Shown: positions 28,087 to 36,909, numbered from the stretch's first letter. The stretch is 62,982 nucleotides of DNA from a virus (IMGVR_UViG_3300006169_000019:1-62982), one strand, 5' to 3'. Program-made: numbers and translations. The notes: generated by a model not told the origin, from the letters alone.

Positions 28087-28120
28087 ACGGCGGCCCGGCA
28101 GGTGCGATCCGGGCCGCCGT
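28087..28120 (-). terminator. Hairpin/terminator after the secreted-protein pair
   Basis: acggcggcccgg / ccgggccgccgt 12-bp stem. Confidence 0.55.
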
Positions 28121-28126
28121 CCGGTG

Positions 28127-28684
28127 TCAGCGGCGACGGACGCCGGGGCAGGGGTTCCCCACCGCCGCGTAGGCGCGGGCCACGTCGCGGTTCTGGCACA
28201 TCAGGGCGCGGGCCGCGTCCTTGTCGCCAAGGGTCTGCGCGAGTTCGCGAGCGTTGAGGCGGTTCACGCAAGACTTCACCTCATACGTCTTCCCGGCGCC
28301 GACGTTGGCGCCCAGCCACCCAGCGCCCACCGAGACCGAACCCAGGCACGTCCCGTCGCCCAGCGAGGCGGCGAGGCCGGGCGCGATGGCTTGGCCGGTG
28401 GTGACCACCTTCTGCTTGGGCAGTTGCGGCGCGTCGTTGAACGTGATGTTCTGTTCATTGGACGAGTTGGCCGCGCCGTTGGTGGCCGTGGAGGCTCCGG
28501 TGGTGGCCGACACGCCGTCCACGCTCGCGCCGGAGGTGGACTGCGATTGGCCGCCCGTCGCCGTCGAGTAGGACTGCGAGGCGGTGGATGAGGTCGCCGT
28601 GCTGGTGGAGCCGGAGACCTGTTGGGCCTGGGCCGATCCCGCGGCGAGCGCGGCGACGGCGAGGGCCGTGATCAGGGTCTTCAT
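28127..28684 (-). CDS. Secreted protein with Ser/Thr-rich linker and 4-Cys domain
   Basis: Signal peptide MKTLITALAVAALAAGSAQA; C..S.S.G.....G.G....C.....A..L..LG...AA..LMC. Confidence 0.75.
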   Translation of the reverse strand: MKTLITALAVAALAAGSAQAQQVSGSTSTATSSTASQSYSTATGGQSQSTSGASVDGVSATTGASTATNGAANSSNEQNITFNDAPQLPKQKVVTTGQAIAPGLAASLGDGTCLGSVSVGAGWLGANVGAGKTYEVKSCVNRLNARELAQTLGDKDAARALMCQNRDVARAYAAVGNPCPGVRRR

Positions 28685-28711
28685 GGTTCAGGTTTCTTTC
28701 TCTGGAAGGCC

Positions 28712-28746
28712 AAGAAAAGGGGCGGAACGATGAGCCCCGCCCCTTC
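28712..28746 (-). terminator. Intrinsic terminator between the two secreted genes
   Basis: aaggggcgg / ccgcccctt followed by TTCTT on the minus strand. Confidence 0.6.
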
Positions 28747-28771
28747 GTTGGACCGCTAGCCCTGGCAGGCG

Positions 28772-29131
28772 TTAGCGGCGGGTCTTCGCCTTCACCTTGC
28801 TGAAGGCGTCGGCGCCGCCCGACTGCTGGCTGCCGGCCACCGCGCCGCCGAAGCCCACGCCGCCCGTGACGTTGTAGGCCGAACCCGTCGAGTTGGTGTA
28901 GGAGCCGCTGCCGGAGACGTTGGAGCCGAGACGGCCCGCGGCGGTCACGCCGTAGCTGGTGTTGGTCGAGCCCGCGACGGCGCCGTGGACGCCGGTGCCG
29001 AGGGTGGCCGAGCCGGTCTGCGAGGCGGACACCGACGACGCGCCGGAGGTGGAGGTGATCACCGACTGGGCGAGCGCCGGAGCGGCGGCCAGCGACAGGA
29101 CCGCGACGGCGGCCAGGAACAGACGTTGCAT
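28772..29131 (-). CDS. Secreted Gly/Ser/Thr-rich protein
   Basis: Signal peptide ending APALA; low-complexity mature part. Confidence 0.75.
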   Translation of the reverse strand: MQRLFLAAVAVLSLAAAPALAQSVITSTSGASSVSASQTGSATLGTGVHGAVAGSTNTSYGVTAAGRLGSNVSGSGSYTNSTGSAYNVTGGVGFGGAVAGSQQSGGADAFSKVKAKTRR

Positions 29132-29228
29132 TTCAATCTCACTTTCGTTTCAATCGCGCGGTGAAAGGGTCCGCGCCCCCATCCTCTGGAGACAGCCCCC
29201 AGAGCGATCCATTGTAGCGTAACTGAGC

Positions 29229-29582
29229 CTACCGCGAACGTCGAGTTGCGGCCCGGCGCAGACGCCTCAAACTGTTTTCCCTTGGCGTCACATCTTCCGC
29301 GTGGAAGGGGTTGACGCACAGGGTCTCGTAGCACTCGTGGTCACGATGACCACCCGGCACGCCCTCGCCAGCCGCGACGGCGGCGAAGATGTGAGCGTTG
29401 ACCTTGTAGTCAACTCCGTCCACCCGGCCGACGTGGAACTTGCCGTACCAAGCCTTGTTGCCCTTCCCGCGGGTCTTGGCGCCCAACCAGAGCCAGCACC
29501 CACAGGGGCCGCGGCTCGTGTCCAGCTTCGCGACGAACCGGGGCCAAGCCGCGTCGATGAGGTGGGCCCACGGATACGTCAC
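29229..29582 (-). CDS. HNH endonuclease
   Basis: CWLW.GA...YG.F...AH...DHEC....CVNP.H. Confidence 0.8.
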   Translation of the reverse strand: MTYPWAHLIDAAWPRFVAKLDTSRGPCGCWLWLGAKTRGKGNKAWYGKFHVGRVDGVDYKVNAHIFAAVAAGEGVPGGHRDHECYETLCVNPFHAEDVTPRENSLRRLRRAATRRSR

Positions 29583-29758
29583 CGCAGCGCCATCTTCCTC
29601 ATGAACACGTCCAAGGCGTTCCATCCCATCAGCCATAGCCCAGCTTCCCTGCTTCCTCTCTCGTGGGGGTTGGCGGACTTGGGCCGCTCATTCTTCCGAG
29701 CGACCCAGCCAGCGGCGTACCGCATGTCATCCGCGGTCTTGACGGCGTAAACCTTCAC
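29579..29758 (-). CDS. Rmf/CrpP-fold-like small protein
   Basis: AGW.A......ANPH..GS.E...WLMGW; GTG start overlapping the upstream stop. Confidence 0.55.
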   Translation of the reverse strand: MKVYAVKTADDMRYAAGWVARKNERPKSANPHERGSREAGLWLMGWNALDVFMRKMALR

Positions 29759-30381
29759 GCCGCCACCGCCTCGCAGTCGTCGCCCTCCCCTTCCGCGGCC
29801 ATGGCGATCAGTTCCACCCGGCGCATCATCGTCGCGCCGCAGGCCGGGCACTTCGGCCGACCCATCGACATCTGGCCCACCCAGACCTTCATGTGGAAAC
29901 CGTCTTCCGGGCAGTTCAGGTTGATGTGTGCCTTGTTCACCTGCTTCTTGGGAACGTCGGCGCCGTTGGTGCCGCTGATGAGCGTCGCGTGGGGATAGGC
30001 GCCGATCTTGTCGAGCAGCGGCTGGATGAGCAGGCGGAAGCTCTCGCCAGCGTAGGTCGCCGTCAGCTTGCCTTCCAGCTTGAAGTGGCGGGCGATCTTG
30101 CCGAACTCCGGGCCGTGGCCGAACCCGGCGCCGAGCGCGGCGTGGCAGAGTTCGTGGACCAGGATTTGCGCCACGTCCACCGGATCGGCTTGGCCGGGGT
30201 GGATGAAGATTTCGGTGGTGCCGTCCATCGACCCTTCCGGGTAGTGGCACTGGCCGATGGCCTTCCGGCTGGTGGTGAAGCCGCAGGTCATCCGAAGGCG
30301 CTTCGGGAGCGGCTTGCCGTACTCTTCAAAGAGCGGGGCCAGTTCGGCGGTCAGAGCGTTCAGCCAAGTTTCGCGGTTCAT
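29755..30381 (-). CDS. SprT-like zinc metalloprotease with C-terminal Zn ribbon
   Basis: HELCH...GHG.EF; C..D / CPACG. Confidence 0.75.
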   Translation of the reverse strand: MNRETWLNALTAELAPLFEEYGKPLPKRLRMTCGFTTSRKAIGQCHYPEGSMDGTTEIFIHPGQADPVDVAQILVHELCHAALGAGFGHGPEFGKIARHFKLEGKLTATYAGESFRLLIQPLLDKIGAYPHATLISGTNGADVPKKQVNKAHINLNCPEDGFHMKVWVGQMSMGRPKCPACGATMMRRVELIAMAAEGEGDDCEAVAA

Positions 30382-30404
30382 CGCGGGTCTCCTTTGATGA
30401 GGTG

Positions 30405-30433
30405 AGTTAACCGGATCGCCGGAGAAAAAGAAA
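30405..30433 (-). promoter_or_regulatory. Early promoter copy 6
   Basis: TTTCTT-17-TTAACT. Confidence 0.7.
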
Positions 30434-30614
30434 CACCTATTTTCAGGTCAGGCGAACTTTTCCCACTTGGCCAGATCGACGTAGCGGGCTCTGATCACCC
30501 GTTCCAGCATCTGATCAGGGTCGTATTGCCCTGGGAGCACCCAGAACTGCCTGGGCGCGACCTCAACGACCACCCGGCGCCGCGGACGGTCGATGAGGGC
30601 ACGACGGAAGGCCG

Positions 30615-31250
30615 TTACCCCGTCCATCCGAGCATGGCGAACCAGGAGCCGAGGTGACGGCGCTTCCGCTCCACCCGCGGCCGCATGGCCTCCACGTCCA
30701 AGCTGAACCGTTCCACGATCTTGCTGGTGGCCGCCGCCACGTCAGCGAGTTCGTTGCGCACGGCGTCCCGGTTCAACTTCCCGGTGCCGGGGTCCGCGCC
30801 GTCCATGCCCTGGATGATCGCCCGGCCCAGCGCGCTGACGGCCTCGCCAAGTTCCTCCACCGACTTGCCGAGCACGGCGAGGTCCACCGGATCGGTGATG
30901 GGCTGCCAGGGGTTCGGGGCCGTGTCGTCGCCGACCGTCATCTTGCCCAGGCCCATGACCACGAACTTCTTGGCGGGCGGGATCGGGTAGATGTAGGTGA
31001 CCTGCTTGAACAGTTCACGGCCGGTCCAGTGACCGCAGGCCATGCCCTCTTCGTTGACGTCAAGCTCCACGTCATCAGGCGCTTGGTCCTTGGGCATCAG
31101 GACCGGGTACTTGACGTACTCGCGCAGGTGCAGCAGGTCGCCTACCGCGAACGGCCGGTCAGCTTGCCGGTACTCAAACGGCTTGTCGCCGCTGGCCACG
31201 CGCTCGAAATACTCCGGCCACGTCTTCAGCTGGTGGGTCTCCGCCATCAC
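30615..31250 (-). CDS. DUF3850 (ASCH/PUA-like) fused to a MazG-like domain
   Basis: H.LK.WPEYF..V..G.K.FE.R..DR.F.VGD.L.LRE; EELGE...NELADV. Confidence 0.7.
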   Translation of the reverse strand: MMAETHQLKTWPEYFERVASGDKPFEYRQADRPFAVGDLLHLREYVKYPVLMPKDQAPDDVELDVNEEGMACGHWTGRELFKQVTYIYPIPPAKKFVVMGLGKMTVGDDTAPNPWQPITDPVDLAVLGKSVEELGEAVSALGRAIIQGMDGADPGTGKLNRDAVRNELADVAAATSKIVERFSLDVEAMRPRVERKRRHLGSWFAMLGWTG

Positions 31251-31594
31251 TCAGCCTCCAGGCCGACGTCACCGAACACGATGTGCTCAGGCGTGCTGCT
31301 GGTCCTGATGTAGGCGTTCTGATACACCGGACCTTGGCCGATCCGCTTGTCCAGCTGAATCAGCCGTTCGCGGATATCATGGTAGGTCTCGCGAGAGACC
31401 CGGAGGATGGCGTACACGCTGGTGGAAGGCGTGGGCGCCGGGGTGGGTTCGGGCGCGTCCGTGGGCGTCCTGTCTGGCGACTGGCTTAGAACGCTCCCGG
31501 CCAGCGTTTTCGCGTCCGCGCTGGCGTTCGGATCGGCCAGGACGCGGGATGCTACCGCCCGCGCCTTGGGTCCGCTGACTTCGTTACGTGGCAT
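31247..31594 (-). CDS. Hypothetical protein
   Basis: Coupled ORF; AS.VL.DP......K.LAGS.LSQ. Confidence 0.55.
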   Translation of the reverse strand: MPRNEVSGPKARAVASRVLADPNASADAKTLAGSVLSQSPDRTPTDAPEPTPAPTPSTSVYAILRVSRETYHDIRERLIQLDKRIGQGPVYQNAYIRTSSTPEHIVFGDVGLEAE

Positions 31595-32285
31595 TTGCTT
31601 TCTTGACCTCCACTGGGTAGGCGACCTCACCCCAGTCTTCAATCAGAAGCTGGAGTGTCTTGAAGCTGATCCACGCCCGGCCGTTTTGACCCCAGTCGGC
31701 GCCCCAGCTGTTCAGGATGCGGGCGGCCCCCACCGAGCCATCCGGGTTCTTCCGGGCACGGTTCGCCGCGACCAGACAGAAGGCGTGGCCGCCGACGCTG
31801 GGGCCGGTGGGCCAGATGTAGCCTTGCGCGTCCGGCTCGAACATGTCCCAGAACCACGTCGTGCCGAGCATGAGCGGGCCGCGGGCCAGAAGGTGGTCGA
31901 TGGCGGTGTTGGCGTCGTAGGCCCACTCCCACCGCTCGATGTAGCCCATGGAGCGGAGCACCTTGAGCCCGGCGTTGACGCTCGTGCCCTCATAGTCGGT
32001 GCCCGGCCACTCGTCAATGGCCTGCGCGCCGTCGTAGATCGCGATGGGCGCCGGCAGGGCGCGGTTGTTGACGACGGGCGTGGCCATCAGGTAGTGGAGC
32101 GCGCTGTAGGCGACGCAGTGGGGCGTCTCGCGCTGGTTCAGGATCGTGCGCTTGTCCGGCGCGAGCCAGGACCGAGCGACCAGCTGGCTGGCCTCGCGAG
32201 GGCGTTGGAGCCGGAACTGCGGAGCGCGGCTGCGCGGATCGTTGGAGCGGAGGCGGCCCAGGAAGGGCTGGGGGCTATCGAGCAT
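31584..32285 (-). CDS. Papain-like (C1) cysteine peptidase
   Basis: NQ.....CV, GGHA, NSWG.DWG.NG. Confidence 0.85.
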   Translation of the reverse strand: MLDSPQPFLGRLRSNDPRSRAPQFRLQRPREASQLVARSWLAPDKRTILNQRETPHCVAYSALHYLMATPVVNNRALPAPIAIYDGAQAIDEWPGTDYEGTSVNAGLKVLRSMGYIERWEWAYDANTAIDHLLARGPLMLGTTWFWDMFEPDAQGYIWPTGPSVGGHAFCLVAANRARKNPDGSVGAARILNSWGADWGQNGRAWISFKTLQLLIEDWGEVAYPVEVKKANAT

Positions 32286-32739
32286 GGGGCTTCCTTGCGT
32301 ACACCTGAGCCGTTGGCACCAGCCCGTCGTGAGCGGGTTGCCCGGCTGGGACGAAAACGCCCGCTAGCTCTGGATGGTTGAGGTCATTGAACAGCCAGCC
32401 GATGCACTCCGTGTCCTCCAGCCGATCCGGCCGGATGCCGCGCAGCAGTTGCTCCGCGTACATGTTCATGAAGCGCGCCTTGTTGTCGTCGCTGAGCGCG
32501 GAGAAGGCGGCCGACGCCGCGGCGAGGTCGTTAGGCCATTCCGGCCCTTCGCCTTCTATCCGCATCGGCAGGTCCGGCACTCCCACAGCGAACGTCACCG
32601 TGAGGTGGCTGAGGGCGCCGACTTCGCTGACGTAGTTCAGCTTGCTGTGGACCTGACCCGGAAGGATCGGGCCGCCTTGGACGGCGAGGGCCAGCGGGGC
32701 GCCCGGCTGGTCGCGCAGGGCTCTGATCTCAAACTTCAC
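32275..32739 (-). CDS. Hypothetical protein
   Basis: RBS ggagg; coupled. Confidence 0.55.
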   Translation of the reverse strand: MKFEIRALRDQPGAPLALAVQGGPILPGQVHSKLNYVSEVGALSHLTVTFAVGVPDLPMRIEGEGPEWPNDLAAASAAFSALSDDNKARFMNMYAEQLLRGIRPDRLEDTECIGWLFNDLNHPELAGVFVPAGQPAHDGLVPTAQVYARKPHAR

Positions 32740-32957
32740 AGGACACCTCCATAGTACTCAGCCCAAGCGGCCTCGACTTCCTTCTGCTCTTCGTCGGCGC
32801 ACTCCTGGCACATCCATGCTGTGGCGGTGCTCCGGTTGATCTGCTGTTCCACCAGGAAGGTCCAGCAGCCGCAGCCCGGATACGCGCAATAGCCGATCCG
32901 GAAGGGCCGCCAGACCCAGAGCCAGTGGCGCCAGCGGAAGATCACGCGGGTTCGCAT
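32736..32957 (-). CDS. Hypothetical Cys/Trp-rich protein
   Basis: C..PGC...CQEC; coupled. Confidence 0.5.
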   Translation of the reverse strand: MRTRVIFRWRHWLWVWRPFRIGYCAYPGCGCWTFLVEQQINRSTATAWMCQECADEEQKEVEAAWAEYYGGVL

Positions 32958-33283
32958 ACGAACGGCGGGCGCGTGTAGATGCCCATGTCCTCTTCCTCAA
33001 TGCGCACTTCGGTGTCGCCGTCGTCCACCGGCACGAACTGGTTCACGCAGTAGAACGTGGGGTGTCCGAAGCAGATGATGGCGCAGTGCCACTCCGGCAT
33101 CCCCTGCAGCGAGACGGAGACCATGCCGCACTGGTCAACCGGGCAGATTTCGCCCATCTCGTGGATTTCGTCAGTGCGGTAGATCGCGCCGACGTTCAGC
33201 CGGGCGCGGGGCTCAAGGATGGGGTTCTGCGCGTTGGACACGCAGCGGACGGCCATGTTGGGGCCGATGGGGTTTGCAGCCAT
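32942..33283 (-). CDS. Hypothetical protein
   Basis: RBS aggagg; coupled. Confidence 0.55.
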   Translation of the reverse strand: MAANPIGPNMAVRCVSNAQNPILEPRARLNVGAIYRTDEIHEMGEICPVDQCGMVSVSLQGMPEWHCAIICFGHPTFYCVNQFVPVDDGDTEVRIEEEDMGIYTRPPFVCEPA

Positions 33284-33465
33284 CAGGATGCCTCCTGCAG
33301 TCGGCCGACGCGCTCTGCGAGGTTGGTCAGCGTCTCCTGCCACTCGCGCTTCCGCGTCGGGGTGATGTTGTTGTGAAGGGCGGCGTGCAGCACCTCCTGC
33401 TGGAGGCTGCTGAGCACGGAGCCGATGCCCTTGATTTGGTGCCGGGTCTCGCTGGTGAAAGCCAT
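33283..33465 (-). CDS. Hypothetical protein
   Basis: TGATG coupling. Confidence 0.55.
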   Translation of the reverse strand: MAFTSETRHQIKGIGSVLSSLQQEVLHAALHNNITPTRKREWQETLTNLAERVGRLQEAS

Positions 33466-33686
33466 CAGACGCCCACCGCCTTCCCTTCGGTGTCGATGCG
33501 GTACATGCGCGTGCGGACGGCGCCGCCCGGCTCAGCGGGCTCGAATGTGACGCCCAGGAGCAGCGACTTGCCGTCCCAGCCCATGCGGTGGCTGATGTAG
33601 CCCTCGCGCTGGGTGAGGTCGTTGAAGGTCGCCTTCTGCTTCGCGTTGGGCTGCTTGGCGCCCTTGCCGGGATCGACGCGGGCCAT
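33465..33686 (-). CDS. Hypothetical protein
   Basis: RBS ggag; coupled. Confidence 0.55.
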   Translation of the reverse strand: MARVDPGKGAKQPNAKQKATFNDLTQREGYISHRMGWDGKSLLLGVTFEPAEPGGAVRTRMYRIDTEGKAVGV

Positions 33687-33688
33687 GC

Positions 33689-33835
33689 TCAGTGCTCCAG
33701 GGTCCGCAGGCGCTTCGTCAGGCGACGGGCGCGGGCTTGCTCTTGAGCGGCCTTGACGACGTTGCCGAGGCGCATTTGGTTGGCGGCGCCGCGCTTCGCG
33801 ACTTCGATTTCACGTTGGCATTGGGCGTAGGTCAC
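33689..33835 (-). CDS. Small basic protein
   Basis: GTG start with aaggagac RBS behind a promoter. Confidence 0.55.
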   Translation of the reverse strand: MTYAQCQREIEVAKRGAANQMRLGNVVKAAQEQARARRLTKRLRTLEH

Positions 33836-33857
33836 GTCGGTCTCCTTCGATGTCCCT

Positions 33858-33886
33858 AGTCTGCCTGAACGCGAGAGAAAAAGAAA
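33858..33886 (-). promoter_or_regulatory. Early promoter copy 7
   Basis: TTTCTT-17-CAGACT. Confidence 0.7.
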
Positions 33887-33891
33887 CACCT

Positions 33892-34149
33892 TTATTCGGG
33901 CACATCGACGCCATGGGCGCGCATGAGGCGCTGGACAAACAGCACGGCGTCTTCCTCATAGTTCGCCAGGGCATGCCGTTCAAACGGCAAGCTCTGGCCC
34001 GCGGCAATCTCCAGGGCGTGCGACGGGACGCCCAGCCAGCGGCAGAGGGCCGCGTGCAGCCGGTCATGGTCCCGATCCATCGCCTGCCAGTCGTCGCCGT
34101 AGCCGAGCAGCCGGGCCGTGCGTAGCTTGGGGTGGAGGTCGTCAGCCAC
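33892..34149 (-). CDS. Hypothetical protein
   Basis: Coupled ORF. Confidence 0.5.
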   Translation of the reverse strand: MADDLHPKLRTARLLGYGDDWQAMDRDHDRLHAALCRWLGVPSHALEIAAGQSLPFERHALANYEEDAVLFVQRLMRAHGVDVPE

Positions 34150-34606
34150 TCGTCTTCCCGGCGAACTTGATCACGTCATCGAAGTCGGCGCGGACCTGCT
34201 CCGGAAGCATCGACCATGCGTTGTAGCGATGGAGCAGCCGGAGGAAGGCCAGCATGCGCTGGACGCCGGGGTGGTTGCCATCCGCGAGCGCGCACACGTC
34301 GTGCCAGACCTTGTCGAAGGTGTCGTTGGTCGAGTAGCCGCGGGCTCGCTTCTGCTCATCGTTCCACTGACGCCGCTTGCGGTTGGTGTCCTCTTCAAAG
34401 GCCAGCCGACGTTCGGCCGATCCCGCGCGCCGGTCAGCTTCGTCGCGTTCGGCCCGGAGCCCGGCGAGCATCGTGTTGATGTCGCGGACTTGGGTGCGCA
34501 GTTCGTAAAGCTCCAACACCTCACCGGCCGGATCGGCGCGGGTCTCCAGGTCATGAATGTAGCTCCGGAACGGCTCCGGCAGCGCGTTGATCTCAGCGGC
34601 AAACAT
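34142..34606 (-). CDS. Hypothetical protein
   Basis: INALP...R.YIHDLET..DPAG N-terminus, coiled coil. Confidence 0.6.
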   Translation of the reverse strand: MFAAEINALPEPFRSYIHDLETRADPAGEVLELYELRTQVRDINTMLAGLRAERDEADRRAGSAERRLAFEEDTNRKRRQWNDEQKRARGYSTNDTFDKVWHDVCALADGNHPGVQRMLAFLRLLHRYNAWSMLPEQVRADFDDVIKFAGKTSG

Positions 34607-34671
34607 TGAACCATTCCCACACGAGCGCCCAGAAGGATCGCGGGCGGCGCAGGCCGCCCGGCGTCCAGCCC

Positions 34672-35985
34672 TTATGCTTCCGCTTCACTGGGCGCCTCCA
34701 CCGGGGCCAGCGTGGGGTCTTCCGCGGGCGCGGGCTCCGGTTCCGGCTCCGGCCGCTCCACGCGCGTCCAGCGGTGCTGGTTGAGCAGGGCGTTGCTAAG
34801 GAAGGTGGTCGTGTCGATGTCCCACCGCTTGAGCATGACGGCCTTGAGCAGGGCCGCGGCGAGTTCCCTGATGGAGCACGTCTGCGGCGCCGAACGCTTC
34901 ACGTAGATGCGCTCATTCTCCACGAACACCGGCGAGCCCTGGTTGTCGGCGTCCGCGTCGTCAATGGTTACGACTTGGAGTTCATCCCAGTCCACGCGCG
35001 GGCCGCCGTCCGTGTGGTCCGGCTCCGTCAGGATGGACAGCACCTCGATTGCGCGGGTGAAGTTGTCCTCACGGCGCGAGCGGTGCGAGCCGCCACCGTA
35101 GTAGTGCTCTTCCTCCATGCCGGAGCGGATCGCCTTGAGCATCGCCTGCCGGGCGTGGGGGCTCAGGGCGTCGTTGCGTTCGTCGCGAAGGTCCAGGCAG
35201 GCGTCGATGAACTGCCGCGTCAGGTCCACGTACTCGTCAGCATCGAACCGCAGGTGCGCCTCGTAGTGGCCGGGGCCGGTGGTGACGGCGGTGCGGATCA
35301 GGTCTTGATCCTCGCAGCGCATCCAGAACTGGCGCACCACGGCGTCGGCGTAGTAGCTGGCGGCGATGTTGCGATCCTCCGTGAGCGTCTGCTCGCTGAG
35401 AATGTTGTAGGTGAAGCGCGACGGGCGTTCCAGCTTCATGGCCCGGATGCCGCGGTAGAACAGGTAGTCGCTGCCGCCTTCGGCGACCTGGAGCTTGGTG
35501 GTCTCGATGATGGTCTTGCGGTCGCCGTACTGGTAGAAGATGTCGCCCGCGCAGTTGAAGGCTTCCTCCAGCTTCTGCCAGCGGACGGCCACCACCGTCT
35601 CGTCGGCACCGACCGTGGGCGCGACGTCAAAGTCATCGTCCACCCGCTCAAAACCACCCTCTTCGTCCAGGGCGTTGCAGCCGAGTTCGCGCAGGACCAT
35701 CCACGGCTGCCAGTTCCGGCCCAGCTGGGTCGTGATGGCCATGTCCTTGCCGTCCAGCCGGACCTTGTGGAAGGTCTGACCCCTGATTTCGGTCTCGTGC
35801 TGGGTGAACTTGTGGACCAGCGGGCCGCGGAAGATGAACACCTCACCGCCATCCCGAAGGATCGTGGCGACGGCGAACTTGAGGCCGGTGCCGAAGTAGC
35901 CGAAGGCGTTGGGGTTCTTGACGCTGACGCCCATCGTGGTCACGGCGTCCAGGTCGATAAGGCCGGGGTTGCGGAAGAGGATCAT
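34672..35985 (-). CDS. GHKL-family ATPase-like protein (permuted motif order)
   Basis: G.S.K...GYFGTGLK precedes RELGCNALD; aaggagac RBS. Confidence 0.7.
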   Translation of the reverse strand: MILFRNPGLIDLDAVTTMGVSVKNPNAFGYFGTGLKFAVATILRDGGEVFIFRGPLVHKFTQHETEIRGQTFHKVRLDGKDMAITTQLGRNWQPWMVLRELGCNALDEEGGFERVDDDFDVAPTVGADETVVAVRWQKLEEAFNCAGDIFYQYGDRKTIIETTKLQVAEGGSDYLFYRGIRAMKLERPSRFTYNILSEQTLTEDRNIAASYYADAVVRQFWMRCEDQDLIRTAVTTGPGHYEAHLRFDADEYVDLTRQFIDACLDLRDERNDALSPHARQAMLKAIRSGMEEEHYYGGGSHRSRREDNFTRAIEVLSILTEPDHTDGGPRVDWDELQVVTIDDADADNQGSPVFVENERIYVKRSAPQTCSIRELAAALLKAVMLKRWDIDTTTFLSNALLNQHRWTRVERPEPEPEPAPAEDPTLAPVEAPSEAEA

Positions 35986-36179
35986 GGCTGCAGTCTCCTT
36001 GATGAACTCAGGCCCATTTGCCTGATCTGAAGTTCCAGTTGAAGGCGAGGCAAGTAACCGGCCCGCCACCGGCCGCCCTTCCGGACGATCCGCGCGATGC
36101 ACCGCTCAATGTGCGAGGTCTCCATGTCGCTGATCAGGTACTCCCGACCATCGGCGGTGACCCAGATGAGCTCACGCAT
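35982..36179 (-). CDS. Hypothetical protein
   Basis: W.T.DGR...I.DM.T.H...C pattern. Confidence 0.6.
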   Translation of the reverse strand: MRELIWVTADGREYLISDMETSHIERCIARIVRKGGRWRAGYLPRLQLELQIRQMGLSSSRRLQP

Positions 36180-36242
36180 GGCTGATCATCCAGGCCGCAA
36201 CGACGGCGGCGAGGCAGACCAGCGGGATGATGAGCTTAGCCA

Positions 36243-36638
36243 TCAGAAATCCCGCCTGAACTGAGGCGCGGTGATCGCGTTGATGGGAGGCGGCGCCGGA
36301 GGCAAGGCCGATGGGTAATAGCTCTCGACCAGGGCCAACTCCTTGTTGGCGCGGTTGATCTGGGCCTGGAGGCGGTTGATGTGGAACGCCTTTCGGGCGC
36401 GGAAGTCGTCAGCCGCTTGCTCGACAGTCGGTGCCGCGAACGCCCGGCCACGGTGCTGCATCTCGCGCAGCACGAACTTCTTGCCGCTGAGGCCGGTGCG
36501 GAGCCAAGCGCCTTTGGGCGTCAGCTTGATGACCTCGAATTGCCGCTGGCGGACGGTGGACCACCGGCCATCGACTTCGCCGAAGTCGTTGACGGTCGCG
36601 TGGTGCTGGACTTCGATGCGGTGCCAGACCTCAGCCAT
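36243..36638 (-). CDS. Hypothetical protein
   Basis: V.K.TPKG.W...FA..T...A...F.ARK. Confidence 0.6.
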   Translation of the reverse strand: MAEVWHRIEVQHHATVNDFGEVDGRWSTVRQRQFEVIKLTPKGAWLRTGLSGKKFVLREMQHRGRAFAAPTVEQAADDFRARKAFHINRLQAQINRANKELALVESYYPSALPPAPPPINAITAPQFRRDF

Positions 36639-36909
36639 TGGTGATCGCCTTCGTGGCTTCCTGCACCACCAGCGCCTCCATGTCGCTCTCGGTGGCGAGG
36701 CCGTAGTGGGCGGTGGGCCGGGTCGCGCCTTCGATCCCTTCGCGCTCGCGCCGGACCATCTCCGCGTCCCACAGCTTGCCGCTGCGCTCCTTCGGCCAGT
36801 AGGCGCCCGCGGCCAGCTTGATGACCGGGCTCTGGACCGTGTAGGCCGTGAATGTGACGTAGCCCCGGCCTTGATGTCGGATCACGTCAAAGGCGTTCGT
36901 AATCGCCAT
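36631..36909 (-). CDS. Hypothetical protein
   Basis: aaggagac RBS behind a promoter. Confidence 0.6.
   Translation of the reverse strand: MAITNAFDVIRHQGRGYVTFTAYTVQSPVIKLAAGAYWPKERSGKLWDAEMVRREREGIEGATRPTAHYGLATESDMEALVVQEATKAITNG

Noticed and set aside
29229-29582. HNH as an intron-encoded or intein homing element
   Set aside because: Free-standing, coupled ORF; no interrupted host gene, and RNR, DnaE and TerL show no obvious insertions
11580-30410. CtrA boxes at TTAA-containing promoters
   Set aside because: Only half sites were seen; no TTAA-N7-TTAA, and the TTAA is explained as the -10 element
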